Assembly: GCA_964553875.1 (NCBI GenBank)
Contig: CAZKNH010000001.1
Span: forward strand, 62,354 to 126,353
Source: an uncultured Gammaproteobacteria bacterium
Lineage (GTDB): Bacteria; Pseudomonadota; Gammaproteobacteria; Steroidobacterales; Rariloculaceae
Length of the DNA stretch: 64,000 nucleotides
Direction of reading: 5' to 3'
The position numbers were made by a program, and so were the translations under genes. Positions 27,597 to 37,211 of the stretch are shown here, piece by piece (the stretch's first letter is position 1; every line of letters starts with the position of its first letter). Under the pieces are notes generated by a model. That model made no database searches, was not told where the DNA came from, and saw only the letters and a list, made by a program, of their open reading frames with translations.

Positions 27597-28691
27597 ATGA
27601 CCACGATCTGGGACGAGGTACGGGTAGGCCGGCTCACGCTGCCGCATCGTTTCGCGATGGCGCCGATGACGCGGAGCCGCGCACAGCCCGATGGCACCCC
27701 GGGGCCGCTCGCGGCCGAGTACTACGCGCAGCGCGCCTCGATGGGGCTCTTGATCAGCGAAGGCGTGCAGCCGTCGGACGACGGGCAGGGCTACATGTCG
27801 ACGCCCGGCATCTACACGGATCGGCACGTCGCCGGATGGCGGCGCGTCACCGATGCCGTGCACGAAGCGGGCGGGCACCTGTTCATTCAGCTGATGCACG
27901 TCGGGCGCGTGAGCCATCCGGACAACACGCCGCATCATCGGCAGGCGCTTGCGCCGTCGGCCGTCGCGACGGGCGAGAAGATATTCACCCCGCGCGGTCT
28001 GCAGGATGAGCCGGTGCCGCGCGCGATGTCGATCGACGAGATCCGCGCGACGATCCGCGATTTTGCGTACGCGGCAAGCCGCGCGATCGAGGCGGGCGCG
28101 GACGGCGTCGAGATCCACGGCGCGAACGGCTACCTCGTCCAGCAGTTCCTGTCGGTCAACGCGAACCTGCGTGACGACGAGTACGGCGGGCCGATCGAGA
28201 ATCGTGCGCGTTTCGCGATCGAGACGGCGGCCGCCGTTGCCGCGGCGATCGGTCCCGAGCGCACCGGCATACGCCTGTCGCCTGCCTCGACGTTCAACGC
28301 GATCGACGAGGGCGAAGAATACGAGGCGCTCTATCGCTATCTGGTCCGCGAGCTCGCGAAGCTCGACCTCGCGTATGTGCACATCGTGCACCACGGCAAC
28401 GAGGAGCTGGTTCGCGACCTTAGACGCCTCTGGCCGAACGCGTTGCTGGTGAACCGTCCGGGACAAGCCCTCGACAAGCTCGCGGCGGACATCGAGTCCG
28501 GACTCGCGGACGTCGTCACGATCGGCCGCTGGGCGCTTGCGAATCCGGACTTCGTCGAGCGCTACCGCGCCCGCGCGCCGTTGAACGAGCCCGATCCTGC
28601 GACGTTCTACGGCGGGGATGCGCGCGGATACACGGACTATCCGCGGCTCGATGCGCTCGAAGGCGCCGAGGCCACGGCGGTTTCGGCTTGA
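27597..28691 (+). CDS. alkene reductase, Old Yellow Enzyme family (NemA/OPR-like)
   Basis: AAAGGAG Shine-Dalgarno upstream. Motifs NRFAMAPMTRSRA, QLMHVGR, IHGANGYLVQQFLS...N.R.DEYGG.IENR and GRWALANPD. Confidence 0.9.
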   Translation: MTTIWDEVRVGRLTLPHRFAMAPMTRSRAQPDGTPGPLAAEYYAQRASMGLLISEGVQPSDDGQGYMSTPGIYTDRHVAGWRRVTDAVHEAGGHLFIQLMHVGRVSHPDNTPHHRQALAPSAVATGEKIFTPRGLQDEPVPRAMSIDEIRATIRDFAYAASRAIEAGADGVEIHGANGYLVQQFLSVNANLRDDEYGGPIENRARFAIETAAAVAAAIGPERTGIRLSPASTFNAIDEGEEYEALYRYLVRELAKLDLAYVHIVHHGNEELVRDLRRLWPNALLVNRPGQALDKLAADIESGLADVVTIGRWALANPDFVERYRARAPLNEPDPATFYGGDARGYTDYPRLDALEGAEATAVSA

Positions 28692-28764
28692 GGGCACCGA
28701 AGCGCGGAGGCCCGCCATGCACGGCGGGCCGATCGCGCTTCGCAGCCGCCCGGCGTTCCTGAGG

Positions 28765-30576
28765 TCAGGAACCGACGATCCCGCCGTCCTTCCGCATGAT
28801 CGCGATCGTCGCGTCGCGCGGGATCGTCACGCCGTCGTACTCGAGCGGAAAGCTCGTTTCCGCCGGATCGCCATTGCCCGGGTGCTGCACGTTGATGAAC
28901 ATCGTGCGTCGATCCGGCGTCACGGCGATCCCGGTGACCTCGCAGCCCGGCACGCCTTCGAAGAGCCGCTTCAGCTCGCCGCTCTCGGTATCGGCGACGA
29001 GCATCTGATCGTTGAGGCCGTCCGCCTGGCCGCTGCCGTCCGTCTGAATGAACAGGCGGCCGTCCGGATCGGCCCAGAGGCCGTCCGGCGAAGACAGCGA
29101 TTCCTCGGTGCCGTGCGTCTCCTCGGCGATCAGGAAGATCTCCCACTGGAACCGGGTGCCCACGTGGTGATCCTCGTCGCGCCAGCGGATGATGTGCCCG
29201 TGCCGGTTCGGCGCAAGCGGATTCGCGGCGTTCGTGTCGCGACGCCTCGAGTTGTTCGTCAGCGAGCAGTACACGTACTCGTCCGGGCCGACGGTGGTCC
29301 ATTCCGGACGGTCCATCGGCGTCGCGCCGACGATGTCCGCCGCCCGCCGCGCGAACATCAATACTTCCGCCTGATCGGCGAACTCCGCGGCGAGCCGAGG
29401 ATCGTCGATCGTGAGCTCGAGCCATTCGCCGGTGCCGTCGTCGTCGAACCTCGCCGCATAGAGCCGGCCGTGATCGAGCGGGGACGAGCCCTCGTCGCGC
29501 AGCGCTTTCCAGCTCCGATCCGACACGAACTTGTAGATGTACTCGAACTGCTCGTCGTCGCCCATGTAGCCGACGACGCGGTCGTCGCGCCCGACCGCGA
29601 TCGCGCAGCCTTCGTGTCTGAAGCGCCCGAGCGCCGTGCGCTTGACCGGCGGCGCGGACGGCGCCATTGGATCGATCTCGACGACCCACCCGAACCGATT
29701 GCTCTCGTTGACGTATTCCGGATTCGTCAGATCGAAGCGCGGGTCGAACCGGCTCCAGCCGTGAAACGATGTCCAGCGGGCGTTCAAGCCGTAGCGCTGC
29801 TGCCGCGGGCTCGGCTCGAAACCCTCGCCCCCGAAGTAGAAGTGGATGTTCTCTTCGCACGTCAGATACGTGCCCCACGGCGTGTGGCCGTTCGCGCAGT
29901 TGTTCAGCGTGCCGGCGAAGGCGTTGCGCGCGGGATTCCGGAGCAGTGGAGAGCCGGCGGCGGGCCCGCTGAACTCGACCGGCGTATTCACGTGGATACG
30001 TCGTGCGTAGCGGCTGTCGACGTGCTGCCAGCGGCCGTCCCGCCTCACGAGCTCGACGATCGTGATGCCGTGCGCGTGCTGCGAGACGCGGACGTCGTCG
30101 AGGCTCTGCGGATCGCGGCCGAGAATGTGGCGGCTCATGCCGTACTCGTGATTCAGCACGAGCAGGCCGCGCTCGCTCCCTTCGAGCGAAAAGAACCACA
30201 TGCCGTCGTGCCCGATGCCGACCTGCTTCTCCTGATCGGCCGCGCTCGGCGGCCACTGGAATGCCGGGCCCGACGAAGGATTGATAGGCTCTCCCCACGG
30301 GATGAGGATCTGCATCTCGTAGTCCGGCGCGATGCGCGGCACCTTGCCGCCGCCGCCCGCCACCGGGAGCGGCGTGAAGTCCATCAGTCCCGGCCGCGCC
30401 TTCGCTCCCGGCTTGCGCGCGGCCAGCGACCGTCCGGGCGACGACGCGAAGAACGCGGCTGCGGCCGACTGGAGCCCTCCGCGAAGCACGTCGCGCCGGC
30501 TCAAGTATCTGGACAACACGTCGCGGAACGGACGATTCCCGGATTTGTTGCTTCTGTCCTCGATCCGATTCTTCAT
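28765..30576 (-). CDS. phoX: PhoX-family phosphatase (DUF839) with Tat signal
   Basis: Start MKNRIED with GGAGAGG upstream. Tat motif SRRDVLRGGLQSAAAAF. Motifs GHDGMWFF, LVLNHEY, NNCANGHTPWGTYLTCEEN, RFGWVVEIDP and the C-terminal MFINVQHPG. Confidence 0.85.
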   Translation of the reverse strand: MKNRIEDRSNKSGNRPFRDVLSRYLSRRDVLRGGLQSAAAAFFASSPGRSLAARKPGAKARPGLMDFTPLPVAGGGGKVPRIAPDYEMQILIPWGEPINPSSGPAFQWPPSAADQEKQVGIGHDGMWFFSLEGSERGLLVLNHEYGMSRHILGRDPQSLDDVRVSQHAHGITIVELVRRDGRWQHVDSRYARRIHVNTPVEFSGPAAGSPLLRNPARNAFAGTLNNCANGHTPWGTYLTCEENIHFYFGGEGFEPSPRQQRYGLNARWTSFHGWSRFDPRFDLTNPEYVNESNRFGWVVEIDPMAPSAPPVKRTALGRFRHEGCAIAVGRDDRVVGYMGDDEQFEYIYKFVSDRSWKALRDEGSSPLDHGRLYAARFDDDGTGEWLELTIDDPRLAAEFADQAEVLMFARRAADIVGATPMDRPEWTTVGPDEYVYCSLTNNSRRRDTNAANPLAPNRHGHIIRWRDEDHHVGTRFQWEIFLIAEETHGTEESLSSPDGLWADPDGRLFIQTDGSGQADGLNDQMLVADTESGELKRLFEGVPGCEVTGIAVTPDRRTMFINVQHPGNGDPAETSFPLEYDGVTIPRDATIAIMRKDGGIVGS

Positions 30577-30794
30577 CTGCAATCCTCTCCGAGACGGCAT
30601 GGCTTCGATGTCGTCGCGAGCCCCTCGGAAGCGCCGTACGCCGGCACGAGTGTCGCAAGGTTCGCCGCCGGCTGTCCACGGCCCTGCGTCGCCGAACGGG
30701 AACCGTCTGAGGTAGCATCCGCCCAGTCGCACGGCTCGATCAGCGCCCGTCCCTCGACCGCGGCCGATCGGCGTCGGGCGCTTATCGGCAATCG

Positions 30795-31721
30795 ATGGGG
30801 GGGCGCAAAGTGAAGGCAGTTCTGGCTGATCTCGATTCGTCGTTGACGCTGCGGATCGCCGTCGCATTGATCGGCCTCGTCGCCTGCATGCCTGCGGGCG
30901 CTCAGAGCCTGCTCGACGGCAGTTGGACCGCGTATCGCCATCCGACCGGCGTGTTCCTCGAGCATCCTGCGTCGTGGCGCACGCAGCCGACGGAGGTCGG
31001 AATCGCGCTGGTGCCCGGCGATTTCGATCCGAACTCGGAGCTCATCATTGCGCTCGGGGAGTCGGCGGCCGGGCTCCGCGGGCCCACCGATCCTCAGGTC
31101 GGTCAGTACCTCGACGTGCTGGTGAGCCAGGTGGCCGTGGCGATGCGCCGGACCGGCCAGCCGACCTCGATCGACTTCCGCGGCGGCACGGGGGCGCTGT
31201 ACGAGTATCGGGGTGTCCTGAATACGGGGCAGCCGGCGGGGGCGCAGTTCCGCACGGCGATCCTCGGCGGGTATGCCGTCGCGATCGCGATCATCGCGAC
31301 CGAGGAGAAGTTGCGTCAGCGTGAGCCGATCCTGCAGCGGATCTTCGCGAGTCTCGGTCACGCCGAGCCGCGCCGGGACCCTGCGCTCGTCGGCACCTGG
31401 CGAGCGACCAGCACCGAATCGGATTCGAGCCTGTCCGGCAGCGTGTTCTTCCGCACGGAATCCGTTTACGCGCTGATGCCCGACGGCCGGCTCACGACCC
31501 AGAGCCGCACTCAGGGACGCGTCACCGGCGCCGAGGGCGGGACGGCCGCGCGCGACACGGAAGAGCGGTCGGCCGGCTCGTGGAGTGCGGCGGACGGGCG
31601 TCTTTTCATCTTGTGGGACGACGGCACCTCGACGGCCGCAAGCTACGAAGCGACCGGCGACGCCGTGAACGTCAGAGTGGATGGTGCGAGGGCGCCGATT
31701 CGTCTTCAGCGCGTGCGCTAA
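30795..31721 (+). CDS. secreted hypothetical protein
   Basis: Hydrophobic leader LRIAVALIGLVACMPAGAQS and a GC3-rich frame. The start may be the GTG at 30810. I do not recognise a family. Confidence 0.5.
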   Translation: MGGRKVKAVLADLDSSLTLRIAVALIGLVACMPAGAQSLLDGSWTAYRHPTGVFLEHPASWRTQPTEVGIALVPGDFDPNSELIIALGESAAGLRGPTDPQVGQYLDVLVSQVAVAMRRTGQPTSIDFRGGTGALYEYRGVLNTGQPAGAQFRTAILGGYAVAIAIIATEEKLRQREPILQRIFASLGHAEPRRDPALVGTWRATSTESDSSLSGSVFFRTESVYALMPDGRLTTQSRTQGRVTGAEGGTAARDTEERSAGSWSAADGRLFILWDDGTSTAASYEATGDAVNVRVDGARAPIRLQRVR

Positions 31722-31742
31722 GGCGAATCGAGGGACGTGAAA

Positions 31743-31779
31743 CCGGCCGCCGAGGAGCTTCGGCCAGACCGGCGGCCGG
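31743..31779 (+). terminator. GC-rich hairpin downstream of the hypothetical gene
   Basis: CCGGCCGCCG-17 nt-CGGCGGCCGG is a perfect 10 bp stem, 22 nt after the stop at 31721. No U-tract follows. Confidence 0.3.
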
Positions 31780-31846
31780 GACGGTCGCCGCGGCGTCGGA
31801 ACGACGAACCGACGGCGAAGGCGAGCATCTCTGCAGGGAACGCTGG

Positions 31847-32446
31847 ATGGAGACGACGGTAACGGAACGAAGCATCTGCGTTTATTGCGCGTCGAGCCAA
31901 CGCTGCGCGCCCGTCTACCACGCCGCGGCGCGGCGCGTCGGCGAGATCCTCGCCGACGAAGGCTATTCGATCGTGTACGGCGGCGGAGGCGCGGGCTCGA
32001 TGGGCGCGCTCGCCGACGGTGCACTGTCGCGCGGCGGCACGGTGATCGGGATTCTGCCGAAGTTCATGATGGAGCTCGAATGGGGGCACCCTAAGCTCAC
32101 GGAGCTGCGCATCGTCGAGGATATGCGCGTGCGCAAGCACTCGATGCTGTCGCAAAGCTCCGGGCTCGTGACGCTGCCGGGCGGCACGGGCACGTTCGAG
32201 GAGCTTTTCGAGGCGCTGTCACTGAAGCGCCTCGGCCTTTACACGCATCCGATCGTGCTGCTCAACACGAACCGTTACTTCGATGCGTTGATCACGCTGC
32301 TCCATAAGGCGGTCGACGAGCGCTTCCTCGACGAGCGCCATCTCGCGATGTGGCAGGTCGTGAGCGAGCCCGAGGAAATTCCGGAGGCGCTCCGCACGGC
32401 GCCGGCCTGGTCGGACAGGGCCCGCGAGTTCGCGGCGATTCGTTAG
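31847..32446 (+). CDS. LOG-family (TIGR00730) protein, cytokinin riboside 5'-monophosphate phosphoribohydrolase-like
   Basis: Motifs VYCASS, IVYGGGGAGSMGALADGAL and LPGGTGTFEELFEALSLKRLGLY.KPIVLLN. Confidence 0.85.
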   Translation: METTVTERSICVYCASSQRCAPVYHAAARRVGEILADEGYSIVYGGGGAGSMGALADGALSRGGTVIGILPKFMMELEWGHPKLTELRIVEDMRVRKHSMLSQSSGLVTLPGGTGTFEELFEALSLKRLGLYTHPIVLLNTNRYFDALITLLHKAVDERFLDERHLAMWQVVSEPEEIPEALRTAPAWSDRAREFAAIR

Positions 32447-32448
32447 CG

Positions 32449-32468
32449 GCGGCATGCATTCATGCCGC
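32449..32468. terminator. hairpin between convergent LOG and putP genes
   Basis: GCGGCATG-catt-CATGCCGC is a perfect 8 bp stem that starts 3 nt after the LOG stop. No U-tract follows. Confidence 0.35.
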
Positions 32469-32504
32469 TCGGCGCCCCGACGACGACGTCTCCGGCGGCT
32501 TCGA

Positions 32505-33977
32505 TCAGGCTCCGGTATCCTGCTTCACGAGACGCTCCACGCGTCCCGACTCGAGCAGCGACACCGCGACGATCGCTACGCACGACAACAGGAACCCCGG
32601 CACGAGCTCGTAGAGCTCGAACAGCGCGCCGTCGAGCTGCGGCCAGACGACGACCGTGAGACCGCCGACGACGATGCCGGCGAGCGCGCCGTTCCGAGTC
32701 ATGCCTTCCCAGTAGAGCGACAGCACGATCGCCGGGCCGAACGCGGCGCCGAAGCCGGCCCACGCCCATGCGACGAGCGACAGCACGCGGCTTTCGGGGT
32801 CGAGGCCGAGCAGAAAGGCGACGACCGCGATCGCGAGCACCGCGAGCCTGCCGACCCAGAGGAGCTCCGTTCGTCCGGCGTTCGTGCGAAAGAGGCCGCG
32901 GTAGAAATCCTGCGCGAATGCGGACGACGAGACGAGAAGCTGTGCCGACGCCGTGCTCATGATCGCGGCGAGGATGCCCGCAAGACATATGCCCGCGAGC
33001 GCGGGATGCAGGAACTCCGTCGAGAGCCGGATGAACACGGTTTCGCTGCTCGCGCCCTCGAGCGGGGGATCGAGCGCGAGGACGCCGACGAGCCCGACGA
33101 TGACCGCTGCCGCGAGCACCGTGACGACCCAGACCATCGCGACGCGGCGAGACGTCGCGAGCTCCTCGGCGCGGCGGATCGCCATGAAGCGCGCGAGGAT
33201 GTGCGGCTGGCCCGGATAGCCCAAGCCCCAGCCGAGCAGCGATAGCACGCCGACGACGCCGAGCGCTTCGCCGCCCGCGCCGAGCCACGGGTCGAGCAGG
33301 GCGGGATTGCGCGCCGCGAGCTCGTCGAGCGCGGGCCCGATGCCGCCCGCGAGCTGCACGCCGAGCGCGGCGACGAGCACGAGCGCGACGAACATCAGCG
33401 TGCCCTGCAGCACGTCGGACCAGCTGACCGCGAGGAAGCCGCCGAAGAACGTGTACGCGAGCATCACGATCGAGCCCCAGAACATCGCCTCGACGTAGGG
33501 CAGCGCGAACAGCGTCTCGAAGAGGCGGCCCGCGGCGACGAAGCCGGAGCTCGCGTAGAACGCGAAGAACACGAGGATGAACGCGGCCGTGATCGTGCGC
33601 AGCACGCGCGTGCGGTCATCGAAACGCCGCTCGAAGTAGTCGGGCAGCGTCAGCGAGTCCGCGAGGCGCTCCGTGCGCGTGCGGAGCTTCGCCGCGATGA
33701 AGCGCCAGTTGAGCCACGTGCCGATCGTGAGCCCGAGCGCGAGCCAGACGGCGTCGAAGCCCGCGAGGTACGCGAGGCCCGGCAGTCCCATCAGCAGCCA
33801 TCCGCTCATGTCGGAGGCCTGCGCCGAGAACGCCGTGACCCAGCTGCCGAGCTTGCGCCCGCCGAGGATGAAGTCGCCGAGCGTCTGCGTGCGGCGATAT
33901 GCCAGGAAGCCGAGCAGCAGGCAGACCGCCATGTAGGCGATGAGGGCGGCGACGATCGCAGGGCTCTTCTCGATCAT
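32505..33977 (-). CDS. putP: sodium:proline symporter (SSS family)
   Basis: Start MIEKSPAIV. Motifs DFILGGRKLGSWVTAFSAQASDMSGWLLMGLPG and 13 hydrophobic segments. Confidence 0.9.
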   Translation of the reverse strand: MIEKSPAIVAALIAYMAVCLLLGFLAYRRTQTLGDFILGGRKLGSWVTAFSAQASDMSGWLLMGLPGLAYLAGFDAVWLALGLTIGTWLNWRFIAAKLRTRTERLADSLTLPDYFERRFDDRTRVLRTITAAFILVFFAFYASSGFVAAGRLFETLFALPYVEAMFWGSIVMLAYTFFGGFLAVSWSDVLQGTLMFVALVLVAALGVQLAGGIGPALDELAARNPALLDPWLGAGGEALGVVGVLSLLGWGLGYPGQPHILARFMAIRRAEELATSRRVAMVWVVTVLAAAVIVGLVGVLALDPPLEGASSETVFIRLSTEFLHPALAGICLAGILAAIMSTASAQLLVSSSAFAQDFYRGLFRTNAGRTELLWVGRLAVLAIAVVAFLLGLDPESRVLSLVAWAWAGFGAAFGPAIVLSLYWEGMTRNGALAGIVVGGLTVVVWPQLDGALFELYELVPGFLLSCVAIVAVSLLESGRVERLVKQDTGA

Positions 33978-34083
33978 GTCGTTCGGTTCGGCGGGCCGGA
34001 TCGGCCGCGTTCGTCCGGCAACCAATGGTAAGCGAGGTCGGGCGGCCGTGCGCCGGCCGTGCGAAAGTCGCCGGCCCGGGACG

Positions 34084-35784
34084 CTACGGCCGGGGAGCAG
34101 GCCGCGTCAACGGCTTCGGCGCCTGCGCCTCGTCGGAGCCGTTCGTCGGCTCGATGGCGAGAACGAAGTCGCCGTCGTGCTCCTCGAGCCCCTGCGCGCA
34201 CGCCGCCTCGAGGACCTCGACGGCCTTCTCCTTGCGCAGGACGATCGGGTCGCTGCGCAGATCCTTGAGCAGCGCGCAGCACATCAGCACCATCACGGCC
34301 GTGAACGGCAGCGCGGCGATGAACGTGAGGTTCTGCACGCCCGACAGCGCGGTGTCGCCGCCGATCGCGAGCATGATCGCGGCGACGGCGCCGGTCGCCG
34401 CGCCCCAGAAGATCACGACCCACCGGGACGGCGTGAGCGAGCCGCGTTGCGACAGCGTGCCCATCACGACGGATGCCGCGTCCGCACCGGACACGAAGAA
34501 GATCGCGACGAGGATCATCACGACGACAGACGTGATTCCGACGAGGGGCAGATGGGCGAGCACGTTGAACGTCTGCGCCTCGGCGCCGCCGACCGCGACC
34601 GCCGCACCCTCCATCTCGAGCCCGATCGCCGTGCCGCCGAAGATCGCGAACCAGACGACGCTGACGGCGCTCGGCACGAGGAGCACGCCGCCGACGAACT
34701 CGCGGATCGTGCGCCCGCGGCTGATGCGCGCGATGAAGAGACCGACGAACGGCGTCCACGAGATCCACCACGCCCAGTAGAAGACGGTCCAGCTTTGCAG
34801 CCACGCGCTCATCGTCTCGCCGCCCGTCGCACCCGAGCGTGACGCCATCAGGCCGAAATCGCTGAGGTATGCGCCGATCGAGGTCGGAATCAGGTTCAGC
34901 ACGAAGACGGTCGGCCCGACGACGAACACGAACACCGCGAGCACGGCCGCGAGCACCATGTTGATGTTCGAAAGGTACTGGATGCCTCTCGCGACGCCGG
35001 AGACCGCGGACGCAATGAAGCAGATGGTCAGCACGACGATGATCAGGATGAGCGCGCCGGTGCTCGCGCCCGAGATCCAGCCCGCTTCGATGAGACCCGT
35101 GCGGATCTGCAGCGTGCCGATGCCGAGCGATGCGGCCGATCCGAACAGCGTCGCAAAGAGCGCGAGCATATCGATCAGCCTGCCGAGCGGACCCTCGGCT
35201 CTCCGCTTGCCGAGCAGCGGGATGAACACGGCGCTGATCAGCTTCCTGCGCTTCTTGCGGAACGTGCTGTAGGCGATTGCGAGACCCGCGACCGCGTAGA
35301 TCGCCCATGGGTGCAGCGTCCAGTGGAACAGCGTCGTCGCCATCGCGGTGCGGAGCGCCGCGGAGATCTGCTCGGGCGGGACGGTGCCGTCGGCGTCGAC
35401 GGGAACGGTGCCGGGCGGCGGATTGACGAAATGAGAAAGCGGCTCGCTGACGCCGAAGAACATGAGCCCGATGCCCATGCCGGCGCTGAACATCATCGCG
35501 ATCCACGACGCTGTCTTGAACTCGGGGGGCTCACCTTCGGGCCCGAGCGGGATGTCCCCGAAGCGGCTGAACGCGACGTAGAGCGAGAAGGCGACGAAGC
35601 CGGTCGCGGACAGCACGAAGAACCAGCCGAGGTTCACGATCAGCCACGAGAGCGCGGCTGACGTCGCGCTCGCGAGCGACTCCGTCGCGAGCCCGCCCCA
35701 TGCGACCAGCGCGAACATGATGGCAGCGACCGCGCCGAAGACGGCCCAGTCCGTAGCGGATCTGTTGCGTATCGACTTCGGCAT
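34084..35784 (-). CDS. BCCT-family betaine/carnitine/choline transporter
   Basis: Motifs SWIAMMFSAGMGIGLMFFGVSEP and WTVFYWAWWISWTPFVGLFIARISRGRTIREF. ATG at 35784, with a GTG one codon upstream. Confidence 0.9.
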   Translation of the reverse strand: MPKSIRNRSATDWAVFGAVAAIMFALVAWGGLATESLASATSAALSWLIVNLGWFFVLSATGFVAFSLYVAFSRFGDIPLGPEGEPPEFKTASWIAMMFSAGMGIGLMFFGVSEPLSHFVNPPPGTVPVDADGTVPPEQISAALRTAMATTLFHWTLHPWAIYAVAGLAIAYSTFRKKRRKLISAVFIPLLGKRRAEGPLGRLIDMLALFATLFGSAASLGIGTLQIRTGLIEAGWISGASTGALILIIVVLTICFIASAVSGVARGIQYLSNINMVLAAVLAVFVFVVGPTVFVLNLIPTSIGAYLSDFGLMASRSGATGGETMSAWLQSWTVFYWAWWISWTPFVGLFIARISRGRTIREFVGGVLLVPSAVSVVWFAIFGGTAIGLEMEGAAVAVGGAEAQTFNVLAHLPLVGITSVVVMILVAIFFVSGADAASVVMGTLSQRGSLTPSRWVVIFWGAATGAVAAIMLAIGGDTALSGVQNLTFIAALPFTAVMVLMCCALLKDLRSDPIVLRKEKAVEVLEAACAQGLEEHDGDFVLAIEPTNGSDEAQAPKPLTRPAPRP

Positions 35785-36016
35785 CACCGAACGCGCCGGC
35801 CGTGGCGGCGCCTGGTTCCTCCTCGTTGGCGTGAAGGTGCGAACCCTGACGGATTATAACCGCGAGGGCAACCCCCGCAGGGGAATGCCCGCCGCATCTC
35901 GTTCCGCGGATGGGAAGATTGTTCGGGCGCTTCGCGGCCGCTCCTCGGGACCCAAGGGTCCGATTCGGCCCTTTGCCCCGCGGCCTCGACGGTTCGGCAC
36001 GGAGGCCCGGCGGCTG

Positions 36017-36967
36017 CTAGTCGCTGGCCTGTGTCAGCGCCGAGATGTCGTCGCCCGTCAGTCGGAGCTCCGTCGCGCGCACGAGGCTCTCGAGCTGCTC
36101 GAGCGACGTCGCGCTCGCGATCGGTGCGGTCACGCCCTCGCGCGACATCAGCCATGCGAGCGCGACCTCGGCGGGCTTGGCGCTGTGGCGCTTCGCGACG
36201 TCGTCGAGCGCGTGCAGGATGCGCAGTCCCCGGTCGTTGAGGTACTTGCCGACGACGCGCTCGCCGCGCGGACTCTTCTTCGCGTCCTCCGGGGACCGAT
36301 ACTTGCCGGTCAGGAAGCCCGATGCGAGCGCGAAGTACGGGATGACGCCAAGGTTTTCCGCAAGGCAAAGATCACGCAGCTCGCTCTCGAAGCCCGCGCG
36401 GTCGTAAAGGTTGTATTCGGGTTGCAGCACCCGGTAGCGGGGCAATCCTTCGCGTGCCGCGGTCTCGAGCGCTTCGCGCAGCTGCGTCGGGTCGTAGTTC
36501 GAGCAGCCGATGAACCTGACCTTTCCGTCGTGGATCAGGCGCTCGTACCCGCGCAGCGTCTCGTCGATCGGCGTCTCCGGGTCGGGATAGTGGCTGAGAT
36601 AGACGTCGATGTAATCGGTGCGCAGCCGTCGCAGCGAGTCCTCCGCGGCCTGGACGATTCGCTTCGCGGAGAGTCCTTTTTTGTCCGGCCCGAGCGTCGT
36701 GCCGACCTTCGTGATGATCACGGCATCGCTTCGCTTTCCCGAGCGCGCGAGCCAGTTGCCGATGATCGTCTCCGATTCTCCGCCCTGATTGCCCTCCACC
36801 CAGAACGAGTACGAGTCCGCGGTGTCGATCGCGTTGAAACCGTGGCCGAAGAACTTGTCGAGCAGCTCGAACGAGCCGCGCTCGTCGACGGTCCAGCCGA
36901 AGACGTTGCCTCCGAAGACGAGCGGTGCGATCTCGATACCGGTGTTGCCGAGAGGCCGTTTCTGCAT
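36017..36967 (-). CDS. aldo/keto reductase (Tas/YajO-like)
   Basis: Motifs LGNTGIEIAPLVFGGNVFG, FNAIDTADSYS, YIDVYLSHYPD and FIGCSNY. Confidence 0.9.
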   Translation of the reverse strand: MQKRPLGNTGIEIAPLVFGGNVFGWTVDERGSFELLDKFFGHGFNAIDTADSYSFWVEGNQGGESETIIGNWLARSGKRSDAVIITKVGTTLGPDKKGLSAKRIVQAAEDSLRRLRTDYIDVYLSHYPDPETPIDETLRGYERLIHDGKVRFIGCSNYDPTQLREALETAAREGLPRYRVLQPEYNLYDRAGFESELRDLCLAENLGVIPYFALASGFLTGKYRSPEDAKKSPRGERVVGKYLNDRGLRILHALDDVAKRHSAKPAEVALAWLMSREGVTAPIASATSLEQLESLVRATELRLTGDDISALTQASD

Positions 36968-37211
36968 GATCAGCTCCTTGCGCTTCGATGTCCTTTGCCG
37001 CCGCGGAAAGGCGCCATTCGATTGTGGGTGCGGACGCGTCGTGCGTAAACTGGGACCGTCCGGTGCGTGTCACGCTCGCCGAGCGGCGCATGAGGCTGCA
37101 CGAGCGGTGCACGGCACGGACACCCGGGCCAAAGGGTTCGGTTTCCCTTCCTCGACGTTCGGCGCGACAATCTCTCGACGCCGACATTCAGCCTGCGGCG
37201 AGGAGGGCGAC

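Noticed and set aside
30577-30794. A Pho box upstream of phoX.
   Set aside because: The best candidate is TGTCGC...N...TGTCCAC, with 22 nt spacing, on the opposite strand. It does not fit the CTGTCAT-N4-CTGTCAT pattern, so it is too weak to call.
36789-37211. Long 5' extensions offered by the ORF track. Examples are 36789 for pirin, 48634 for the kinase, 13376 for IorB, 52023 for LpxH-like, 30867 for PhoX and 27697 for LysR.
   Set aside because: The extensions overlap neighbouring well-supported genes or have an Arg-rich nonsense composition. Internal ATG/GTG codons with Shine-Dalgarno sequences, signal peptides or family-typical N-termini were preferred.
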